Positions 38,333 to 46,476 of a DNA stretch of 64,000 nucleotides are shown piece by piece (position 1 is the stretch's first letter; each line of letters begins with the position of its first letter). A model generated the notes under the pieces. That model was not told where the DNA came from. It saw only the letters and a list, made by a program, of their open reading frames with translations, and did not search any database. Both the position numbers and the translations under genes were made by a program. The DNA comes from Candidatus Latescibacterota bacterium (GTDB taxonomy: Bacteria; Latescibacterota; UBA2968; UBA8231), in NCBI GenBank assembly GCA_964291625.2, contig OZ220089.1, positions 928,001 through 992,000 on the forward strand, in the 5' to 3' direction.

Positions 38333-40227
38333 CAGATCCGGTACCCCTCCCCCATCTCGCCCTGCCACAGGGCCACCGCCGCCCACAGCAGGCGCATGCA
38401 GACCTCGCCGAAGATCATCCCCAGAAAGAAGGGCAGGACCCGCCGGTAGGTGCGGGCGCCGCCGTAGCGAACGGCCAGCCACTTGCACAGCCAGCCGCAC
38501 AGGACCGACCCCCAGACGAGCCAGCCGAAGCCGGTGCCGAAGACGAAGCCCATGGGGTGCAGGGGCCAGCGCAGGAAGTGCTGGCGCATGAGGGCCAGGA
38601 ACCCGGTGAAGGCGGCGCCGGCGGCGTGGAAGGCCAGCCGCACCCAGTCGGTGGGGCCGGTGACGGTGCCGGCGTCCTTGAAGAGGTAGTTGTAGTAGCG
38701 GCCGATGCGGGCCTCGGCCCGGGCCCCGCCCTGCTCCTGGAGGGCGAAGAGGCCGTGGTCGTAGATCGTCTCCAGGGCGAAGAGGTAGCCGGCCCCCAGC
38801 CCGGCCAGCAGGCCCAGGCCCATGCCCCAGGTCAGGCGCCGCACGGACGCGCCGCTGGTCTCGGCGAGCTTGAGGCCCTCGAGCTGCAGCGCCGGCCACA
38901 GGCCGATCATGGTGAAGCCGAAGACGGCGAGGAAGGCGAAGCCGACGTAGGTGGAGTCGGCGAAGCGCCCGGCGCCGGTGCCGGCGGCCACGAAGAACAG
39001 GTAGCCGGCGAGCATGGGGGTGCCGGTCACCGGCAGGCCGCCGTCGGCGCGCAGGCGCGCGAAGGCGAGGCAGACGAGCAGGATCAGCCCCAGGGCCGCG
39101 GCGCCCAGGAAGGCCGGCACCCCCACGGCCGTGGTCCACCCCCAGAGGAAGACCAGCCCCGCCCCCAGCCCCCAGACCGCCGGGCTGCGCCAGGACCAGG
39201 CCGCGGCCAGGGAGCGGCGCGCCGCCCACAGGCTCATGAGCCCCAGCAGGAGCAGCCCGCCGCGGGCCTGGTTCATGAAGAAGGGGAAGTGGCCCGGCCA
39301 GTCGAGCCACGGCGACCCGTGGCCGGGGATGAACTCGCCCCGGTACTCGGACCGGCCGAGGAAGTGGCCCACCAGCAGCTGGGCGCGGGTCAGCAGGTAG
39401 AAGACCCAGGTGCTGAAGGAGACCTCCACCGGCATGAGGAAGGCGACCCCCACCAGGAGCGGGTCGAAGTCGAACCAGAAGGGCGACTCGAAGGTGGCCA
39501 TCGCCTTCCAGGGATCGTCGAGGAGGAAGTTGGCCAGGTTCACCCCGGCCGGGATCTCGGGCACGTCGGGCGCGTAGTGGTGCAGCCCGTTGACGCCGAG
39601 GAGCACCACCGGCACCAGCATCCCCCACCAGAACGGCCGCCGCCGGAAGAGGCCGCCCTCGATCAGGGCCCGGGGCATCTCCAGCAACGGGAAGCCGAGG
39701 CGCTCGGTCTCCAGCCAGCGGCGGCGCAGCAGCCAGACGAGGCAGAAGCTGGTGAGGAAGAAGGCGCCGAAGAAGGCGGTCCAGGCCGCCAGCGGCAGCA
39801 GCCAGGCCCCCCAGGGCACGGCGGCCCCGCCCTCGAAGGCGCCCACCGCCGGCGCCTCGTTCGGCCCGCCGGGCACCAGCCACCCGGGCACCACCTGGAG
39901 GAAGCGGTGGTACGGCCCGTCGGGGCGGGCGAAGCCGCCGTAGAAGCCGGTCACCAGGGCCGGCAGGAAGCGGTGCATCATCCCCGAGGCGGTGACCGAG
40001 ACGCCGACGGCGAGGCCCGCGTAGAGGACGGCCCGGTCCCCCGGTCCCAGGAGACGCCGGAAGAGGGCCGCCGCGGCCAGCGCCGCCAGGGGCACGGCGA
40101 GGAAGACCTGGCCGCCGGGATTGCTCCCGGCCCCGGCCAGGTAGGGCCCGTTGTAGACCAGCTCGACGCGCTGGGCCAGCCAGGCCGCCCCGGCGGTGAG
40201 GCCGACGATGAGCAGGGCCAGCCTCAT
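38332..40227 (-). CDS. DUF6785/DUF6784-like polytopic membrane protein
   Basis: RRRWLETERLGFPL, ARLRADGG, FLRWPLHPMGF, RYGG..YRRVLPFFLGMIFG; many TM helices. Confidence 0.7.
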   Translation of the reverse strand: MRLALLIVGLTAGAAWLAQRVELVYNGPYLAGAGSNPGGQVFLAVPLAALAAAALFRRLLGPGDRAVLYAGLAVGVSVTASGMMHRFLPALVTGFYGGFARPDGPYHRFLQVVPGWLVPGGPNEAPAVGAFEGGAAVPWGAWLLPLAAWTAFFGAFFLTSFCLVWLLRRRWLETERLGFPLLEMPRALIEGGLFRRRPFWWGMLVPVVLLGVNGLHHYAPDVPEIPAGVNLANFLLDDPWKAMATFESPFWFDFDPLLVGVAFLMPVEVSFSTWVFYLLTRAQLLVGHFLGRSEYRGEFIPGHGSPWLDWPGHFPFFMNQARGGLLLLGLMSLWAARRSLAAAWSWRSPAVWGLGAGLVFLWGWTTAVGVPAFLGAAALGLILLVCLAFARLRADGGLPVTGTPMLAGYLFFVAAGTGAGRFADSTYVGFAFLAVFGFTMIGLWPALQLEGLKLAETSGASVRRLTWGMGLGLLAGLGAGYLFALETIYDHGLFALQEQGGARAEARIGRYYNYLFKDAGTVTGPTDWVRLAFHAAGAAFTGFLALMRQHFLRWPLHPMGFVFGTGFGWLVWGSVLCGWLCKWLAVRYGGARTYRRVLPFFLGMIFGEVCMRLLWAAVALWQGEMGEGYRI

Positions 40228-43200
40228 GCCGGCGCCACCTCAGGCTTGGCCTCCGCGGACCCGTCCTGCTCCCAGCGCGGCAGCTCCGCCGCGTACCGGC
40301 GGCGCTCCTCCTCCTCCAGGGTCCGCCAGACCAGGAACTGCTGGCGCACATCGTCGAGGAAGGTGCGCACCACCCGCCGCCAGGCCGACGGGTCGCCCTC
40401 CAGCAGCTCCAGGCCCATCTCCAGGTCGCAGAACCGGGGGTCCGGCCCCGGGCGGATCCGCAGCTCGGCGCGCTGCACCACCCCCTGGTCGAAGGGGGCC
40501 AGCCACACCCGGGCGGCCAGCCCGAGGCGGTCCTCCCCCCGGCGCAGGTCGAGGGACTCCACGTAGAACCCGGCGCCGATCGACTGCTCCCGGTGCTCGG
40601 CCCAGAACTCGGCCTGGAAGGCGGCCAGCCCCAGGGCCTCGCCCCGCGGCAGGGAGAACGGCAGCGGCACCTCGAGGCGGTCTCCCCCGAAGCCGGCGGG
40701 CAGGCTCCAGCGGCGCTCGATCCCCGGCGTGCAGATGCGTCCGGCGAGATGCGCGGGATAGAGGGCCGAGGCGGCCACCAGCAGCACCACGGAGCCGAGG
40801 GTGAGGACCGCCGCCAGGGACGAGTAGTTCAGCTCCAGCCCCTGGAGCCATCCCTGGTGCCCCAGGAGCTGGGCGGCTGTCTGGCCGAGGAGATACCCGG
40901 CCACGGCGCCGACTACCCCCAGGGCCACGGCCTCGGCCATGAACAGCCCGCTCACGTGGGCCGGCGCCAGGCCGACGGCGTTGAAGGTGCCGATCTCGCG
41001 GGTGCGCTCCCACACGGCGCCGAGCATGGTGTTGAGGACGATGAGGGCGGCGATCAGCAGCGGCACCGCCAGCCCCGCCAGGCCCGAGACCGAGGCGGCG
41101 CCGACGGTGTTGATCAGCAGCCGCCGCCCCTCCAGGCCGCCGAAGAGGTTCAGGTCGAGGGTGCGGGCCAGCTCCACCAGGTCCCGGCGGATCTCCTGGC
41201 GGCCGCCGTCGAGGCGGATGCTCACCGAGGTCAGGGTCGCCCCCTCCCAACGCATGAGGGCGGCGAAGGGCAGAACCAGCGTCGAGTTGCCGGGCAGGTG
41301 GGCGAAGACCAGGGGCTCTCCGCCCTGGCCGCCGACCTCGGCCTCGCGCGGCTGCTGGGCCTCCGGGTCCAGCGGCGTCAGGGGCTCGCCGTTGAGGTCG
41401 GGGCGGTCCAGGGCGCCGGGAGCGAGCAGGCCCGCCACGCGGAAGACCTCGCCGAAGATCCGCACCTCCGCCTCTTCCAGCCGCCCGGGGTCGATCCCCA
41501 GGGAATCGGCCAGGGCCACCGGCAGCAGGCAGGCGTCCTCCTCCCCCCGGCGCAGCCAGCGCCCCGCGACCAGGCCCTCGCCAAGCAGCCCCTCGTCCCC
41601 CGCGGTGAGCCCCGCGAACCCCTGGACCCCCACCGCTCGATCCTCCTCCCCCGGCAGGTCCCCGTCCCCCGCGGTGAGTCCGCCGAACCCCTGGACCCCC
41701 ACCGCCCGGTCCTCCTGCCCCAGCAGGCCCCCGTCGCTCTCGGTGAGCCCCGTGGACCGCTGGACCCCCACCGCTCGATCCTCCTCCCTCGGCAGGCCCC
41801 CGTCGCCGGCGGTGAGCCCCGCGGACCGCTGGACCCCCACCGCTCGATCCTCCTGCCCCTGGCGCTCGACCCGGAAGGCGGCCCCCGCGGACGAGGCCGT
41901 CATCCAGGCCCGCGGCGAGACCCGGTCCGCACCGAACCAGTCGCGCAGCATGCGCCAGCCCTCCAGCTCCATCGTCTTCCACCCCGGCATGCGCACGAGG
42001 GCGCCGTCGTACGCGGCCCCCGGCCCGATGTCGACCCAGTTGGTGCGCAGGGAGTCGCGGATCGATGTGAAGGAGAGGACCGAGAAGGTGAGCATGACCA
42101 GGGTGGCGCAGGTCAGACCGGTGCGCCACGGCCGGCGCCGCATCTGGGCCAGGCCGACGGCGACCGAGGCGAGCACCGCCCCCGAGCGCTGCACCCGCGC
42201 GCGCGCCCGCCGGCCCCCGGTCAGCTCCCGCAGCTCGCGGTTCAGCCGCCCCACGCCGAGAGCGGCCACCAGGATCCCGAGGGAGAGGGTGACGAAGCCG
42301 AGGAGGATGATCACCGGCGAGATCGACAGCTCGAAGGCCGGGTGCAGGTAGCGCAGGGCGACGAAGCCCAGCAGGAAGAGGACGAAGTAGCCGGCCACCT
42401 GGCGCCGCAGGCCGACGAAGCCGAAGAGCAGGCGCTCGGCGAAGTGGGCGAAGGGGATCAGCGCCGCCAGCAGGAAGAGGGCGCCCTGCACGACGCCGGA
42501 GCGGGTGCCCTCGACCTCGCGGTAGGCCGCCGCCGCCAGGGCCCAGGCGCGGCGGGCGCGGTCGACGGAGTCGCGGTGGCGCAAGGCGAGGCGGGCTTCC
42601 CCGGCCTCCCGCAGAAGCTCCCCGGAGCGTTCGTGGAAGGCGGCGAGCCGGGCGTTGCGCACCCCGTGGCGAAGCAGGCCCTCGATGCGCTCGCCGTTGA
42701 GGCCGTGCATGTCGGCCGCCACCCGGTGGGCCGTCTCCGGCAGGCGCCCCGGCCCGGCGGCGTACCCCGCCCCCCCGGGTGTCTCCGGCGAGCCGTTGAC
42801 CAGCAGCAGCCGGCGCCCCAGGCCGTAGCGCCCGGTGGACATGACCGCCTTGAAGCGCGTCTCCGGCCGCGCGAAGAGGACGCCCACGGGCTCGGTCCAG
42901 GAGCCGATGCGGTTGCGGTACCCGAAGAGCTCCATCTCCGGCGCCGTCAGGGGCAGGCAGGCGCCGAAGACGGGCGGCTCGGCCTCCAGGGCCGCGTCGA
43001 TCACCTGCAGGCGCTCCGGGGTGATCAGGTTGCGCGGGTCGAAGAGGGAGAGCAGGGCCGTCCCCCGCAGCGGGGCGGTGACGATCTGCACCTCCTCCTC
43101 CTCGCCGTCCATGGTGACGGTGAGGGTCCGCCGCGGCAGCCGGCGCTCGCCGTTCACGCCCCAGTCCGGGGCCTGGGTCACCGCTCCCGTCTCCGGGTCC

Positions 43201-44831
43201 AGCCCGTAGGCCTCCAGCCGCACCGGCTGGGTATAGATGATCCCCGACTCCAGCCCCGGGATGCGGTAGCGGCCCGAGTCGCCGGCCACGGCCAGGAAGT
43301 CGGGCCGCACCCCGCTCAGGGTGGGTTGCCGCAGGCGCACCCGCACCAGCGCCCCGGCCGTGGGCTGGTCCGGCAGATAGCTGCGGGGGCCGTAGTGGAC
43401 GACGTCCCCGTGGACGGTCCCGAAGGCGTCGTCGCCCCAGGCCCATTCGGGGAGTCCGGGATCCCCGGCCAGACCGGCCACGACGTGGGCGAGCAGGTCC
43501 ACCTGGCGCGCCAGCCGGGCGCAGTCCACCTGCCCGGCGAAGTCCGTGGGCGAGTCGAAGCCGGCGCGGCTGTCGTTGACGGTGACGAAGGCCAGGGCCG
43601 GACACCCGGCCAAAGCGGCCACGGACGCGTCGAGGGGGACAGTCAGGGCGAGGCCGCCGAGCCCCTGGCGGGACAGGTCCGGCCTCAGACCGTTGACAAG
43701 CTGCAGGGCGCCCCCCGCGGCCGAGTCCTCGTACGCGGCGGCCAGCTCCAGGACGCGGGACGTGACCGGCGGGACCAGCAGCGAGGTGCGGTACGGGTCC
43801 CGGGGCTTGAACACCCCCAGGCGCGAGCTGCGCGCCGACAGGTCCAGCCCCGCCACGAAGCGCAGGTCGAGGCCGGAGAGCCGCCGCAACAGGGGCGAGT
43901 CCTCTTCCTGGGTCTCGCGCTGGCCGGCGGCCTGCAGCAGCAGCGGCGTGAAGTGGCGCATCCCCGCCAGGTTCTGGAAGTGGCCCGCCGTCCACAGGAG
44001 CACCACGGTGCGCGCCGGCGGTCGCGCCGCCAGACGCCGGGCCAGCTCCAGCAGGGCCGCCGCGCCCGAGGCCTGCTCCGCCCCCGGCGCCAGGGCCGGC
44101 ACCGGCGAGACGGCGTCGTAGTACGCCGTCAGCAGGACCGCCTCCCCCCGCAGCGCCGGGTCCCGCCCCTCGACGATGGCCACGAGGTTCCGCCCGGCGG
44201 CCTCGCGCCAGGACATGCGCCCGGAGAGGCGCACACGCGCTCCCTCTCGGGCCAGCTGCCGCAGGCGGCCGGCCTCGGGCGCCCGCGCGTAGAGCCGCGG
44301 CAGGTCGGCGGGCACGTCGAGGAACTTCAGCTCCGCCTCCTTGCGGTGGGCCCCCGCCGACTCCAGAAACACCACGGCCGCCGCCCCCAGGTGGAAGGCG
44401 TCGACCCAGGCGCGGCCGGAGTCGTAATCGAGGAGCACGACGCGCCCGGCCACCGGCTGGCCCTCGAGGCCGCCGCCGTCCCCGCCGTCGGCCAGCGGCC
44501 CTTCCAGCCCGCCGGGAGGCAGGGTCGGCGTGCGCACGAGGTTGGGCCACACGCCGAAGAGCCTCAGGGATTCGGTCGCCGTCTCCGCGCGGAACCCCTC
44601 GTCGATTGGTACGGGGACGGGGAACTCGTGGCGGTGGATCTCCTCGATGCCGATGGACTGCAGTTCGGCGGTGAGCCAGTCGGCGGCCTCGAGGATCCCG
44701 GGGTAGCCGGTCATGCGCGAGGTGGGGGCGGAGAGGGCGGTGACGGTGCGGCGGAGGTTTTCCTGCAGGTCTGGGGCGGGGTCCGCGGGGGAGGGGGCGG
44801 CCAGGAGGGGGGAGAGGAGGAGCGCAGCCAT
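40224..44831 (-). CDS. FtsX/MacB-like permease fused to an N-terminal M28-peptidase-like domain
   Basis: NLVAIVEGRDP...TAYYD...PGAEQASGAAALLELAR (M28-like); RRPWRTGLT; LNTMLGAVWERTREIGTFNAVGL (FtsX). Confidence 0.82.
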   Translation of the reverse strand: MAALLLSPLLAAPSPADPAPDLQENLRRTVTALSAPTSRMTGYPGILEAADWLTAELQSIGIEEIHRHEFPVPVPIDEGFRAETATESLRLFGVWPNLVRTPTLPPGGLEGPLADGGDGGGLEGQPVAGRVVLLDYDSGRAWVDAFHLGAAAVVFLESAGAHRKEAELKFLDVPADLPRLYARAPEAGRLRQLAREGARVRLSGRMSWREAAGRNLVAIVEGRDPALRGEAVLLTAYYDAVSPVPALAPGAEQASGAAALLELARRLAARPPARTVVLLWTAGHFQNLAGMRHFTPLLLQAAGQRETQEEDSPLLRRLSGLDLRFVAGLDLSARSSRLGVFKPRDPYRTSLLVPPVTSRVLELAAAYEDSAAGGALQLVNGLRPDLSRQGLGGLALTVPLDASVAALAGCPALAFVTVNDSRAGFDSPTDFAGQVDCARLARQVDLLAHVVAGLAGDPGLPEWAWGDDAFGTVHGDVVHYGPRSYLPDQPTAGALVRVRLRQPTLSGVRPDFLAVAGDSGRYRIPGLESGIIYTQPVRLEAYGLDPETGAVTQAPDWGVNGERRLPRRTLTVTMDGEEEEVQIVTAPLRGTALLSLFDPRNLITPERLQVIDAALEAEPPVFGACLPLTAPEMELFGYRNRIGSWTEPVGVLFARPETRFKAVMSTGRYGLGRRLLLVNGSPETPGGAGYAAGPGRLPETAHRVAADMHGLNGERIEGLLRHGVRNARLAAFHERSGELLREAGEARLALRHRDSVDRARRAWALAAAAYREVEGTRSGVVQGALFLLAALIPFAHFAERLLFGFVGLRRQVAGYFVLFLLGFVALRYLHPAFELSISPVIILLGFVTLSLGILVAALGVGRLNRELRELTGGRRARARVQRSGAVLASVAVGLAQMRRRPWRTGLTCATLVMLTFSVLSFTSIRDSLRTNWVDIGPGAAYDGALVRMPGWKTMELEGWRMLRDWFGADRVSPRAWMTASSAGAAFRVERQGQEDRAVGVQRSAGLTAGDGGLPREEDRAVGVQRSTGLTESDGGLLGQEDRAVGVQGFGGLTAGDGDLPGEEDRAVGVQGFAGLTAGDEGLLGEGLVAGRWLRRGEEDACLLPVALADSLGIDPGRLEEAEVRIFGEVFRVAGLLAPGALDRPDLNGEPLTPLDPEAQQPREAEVGGQGGEPLVFAHLPGNSTLVLPFAALMRWEGATLTSVSIRLDGGRQEIRRDLVELARTLDLNLFGGLEGRRLLINTVGAASVSGLAGLAVPLLIAALIVLNTMLGAVWERTREIGTFNAVGLAPAHVSGLFMAEAVALGVVGAVAGYLLGQTAAQLLGHQGWLQGLELNYSSLAAVLTLGSVVLLVAASALYPAHLAGRICTPGIERRWSLPAGFGGDRLEVPLPFSLPRGEALGLAAFQAEFWAEHREQSIGAGFYVESLDLRRGEDRLGLAARVWLAPFDQGVVQRAELRIRPGPDPRFCDLEMGLELLEGDPSAWRRVVRTFLDDVRQQFLVWRTLEEEERRRYAAELPRWEQDGSAEAKPEVAPA
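41582..41860 (-). repeat. Four in-frame tandem copies of a 69-bp (23-aa) unit
   Basis: ggacccccac recurs at 41624, 41693, 41762 and 41831; protein EDRAVGVQxxxGLTxxDxxLxx x4. Confidence 0.9.
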
Positions 44832-44906
44832 TCCTCTCGTCTTGTGACTACACGTTTGGATACGTATTATCGCCAGTAATGGGGGACGTAGGAGACCCGA
44901 AAGAAT

Positions 44907-45172
44907 ATGGGGACACTCACCGTGCCGTTGGGGGTAGCCGATCCTCAAGGCCGCCGTTACGAGATCGTCGAGGCTATAGTGGACCCGGGGCGACTTACAC
45001 GGCCCTGCCGCTTTCGATCCTGGAACGCCTCGGCGTGGTTCCGCACGGCGCCCGGAGGTTCGTCCTCGCCGACGGCCGCCGCGTCGAGGTAGGCTTCGGC
45101 CGGATCTGGATGCGGCTCGACGGCCGCGAGGAGATCTCGCCAGTCGTCTTCCCGGAGGACTGGCTTCGGTGA
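44907..45172 (+). pseudogene. Clan AA (retropepsin-like) aspartyl protease, frameshifted and 3'-truncated
   Basis: MGTLTVPLGVADPQGRRYEIVEAIVD, then in the next frame GATYTALP...RFVLADGR. Restoring one A at ~44985 gives the catalytic VDTGATYT. Stops before the usual LLG motif. Confidence 0.8.
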
Positions 45173-45267
45173 ACCGGGTAGAGATGCAGGAGCCGATGTA
45201 GAACTATTAGAAAGCCTGACCAGACACACCGCTGTGATACAGCGCAGCCAACGAACGAGGAGAGGCC

Positions 45268-46476
45268 ATGACGATCGACATGCAGGTCTTGAAGGACGCG
45301 GTCTCGGGGAGGGCCGCGGCGTTTCGGTGCGTGACAGAATACCAACCGGCAGGAGGCCCCGGGGACAAGGTATTTCCCCCGACGTACGAAGGCGGCAAGT
45401 ACGCCACCGAGGAGCGCGTTGATCCTGGCACTGGCGAGATTCGGCCGTGCGTTCTCTTGGACTCCGTGCAGTCGCAGGCCAACCGGATGGAGTTGGCACT
45501 GCTGGAGGCACACCGAGCAGGAAAGGCAAAGCTTCCCCTGCTGGTAACGCGCTTCGATCAGGAAGAACTGCTCAGAAAGTTCTCGGTGACCAGCCTAGAG
45601 GCGCCTCATCGCATTGCAGACGCCCTCTTCCGCGACAGCCTGCTGGACGGGAGGACCTTTCGCAAGTCTGAGAGGGGCCGCGTGCTCGACACTGCGGACA
45701 TCGGCAACGCCACCGGCCTGTTCGGACTGTGCCCGACAGCGCTGGTGTTCGGACTGTGGGACTCCACCGGGCCTCGCGGCGGACTGGGCTGCAAGTTCCA
45801 GCGCGCGGTCGTATCCGAAATCGTGGGGTACGACGCCGTGGCCGGCGTCAAGACGGCAAGTCGCATTGATCCTGCCCAAATCATGCTCGGGGCAGGCCCC
45901 CTGTACGAGCGCCGGTCTCCCGGCGAGGACAGGCCGGATTGGACTCTGGATGAAGGCGCGGGGTCCAGGAAACTCGGCAAGGACAAGAAGGGCAAGCCGT
46001 CCGAGGCCAACCACGGAAACGTGACCCCGAGTGTCGCGGAAGGAGGCTTCACCATTTCCAGGGCACGGCAGACCACCACCCTGTCACTGGCCGTCCTGCG
46101 GCGTCTCCGGTTCCCGCTTGATGAGGCCGGGGATTCTCGCCCCGAGACCGATCTTGCAGCCCGCACCGCCTTGGCGGCCCTGGGTCTGGCGGCGGGCGCC
46201 TTGGCGCGAATCGATACGGACCTGCGTTCCCGCTGCCAGTTGTTCGCCGCGAGCGAGCCGACGTGGGAACTGCTCGATCATCCCGGGCAGCCACCGTCCG
46301 AATTCGAACTTGGTCCCGAAGATGCGCTGGAGCTGTTGGAAGAAGCGGTTGCCGGCGCCAAGGATGCCGGCCTGCCGTGGGAGGGCGAAATCGAGCTGAC
46401 CCCGTCCCCTGACTTGGTAGTACTCCTCCGGCGCAGCCAGGAATTGGCGGTCGCATCGGGAGATGAGGACGCCTGA
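45268..46476 (+). CDS. csb1: Type I-G CRISPR backbone protein Cas7g (Csb1)
   Basis: GAGGAG RBS; KVFPPTY, LLDSVQSQANRME, PHRIADA, ALVFGLWDS, LRSRC motifs; first gene of the cas operon. Confidence 0.93.
   Translation: MTIDMQVLKDAVSGRAAAFRCVTEYQPAGGPGDKVFPPTYEGGKYATEERVDPGTGEIRPCVLLDSVQSQANRMELALLEAHRAGKAKLPLLVTRFDQEELLRKFSVTSLEAPHRIADALFRDSLLDGRTFRKSERGRVLDTADIGNATGLFGLCPTALVFGLWDSTGPRGGLGCKFQRAVVSEIVGYDAVAGVKTASRIDPAQIMLGAGPLYERRSPGEDRPDWTLDEGAGSRKLGKDKKGKPSEANHGNVTPSVAEGGFTISRARQTTTLSLAVLRRLRFPLDEAGDSRPETDLAARTALAALGLAAGALARIDTDLRSRCQLFAASEPTWELLDHPGQPPSEFELGPEDALELLEEAVAGAKDAGLPWEGEIELTPSPDLVVLLRRSQELAVASGDEDA

Noticed and set aside
36377-40351. 1324-aa ORF as a single fusion protein
   Set aside because: The first ~670 aa are an off-frame reading of 38332-40227; the real gene starts at the coupled ATG 38332.
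44821-45250. 10-bp direct repeat AGCGCAGCCA flanking the protease pseudogene as a possible target-site duplication
   Set aside because: One copy is the permease's first codons; a 10-mer match is plausible by chance and no transposase or terminal repeats are present.
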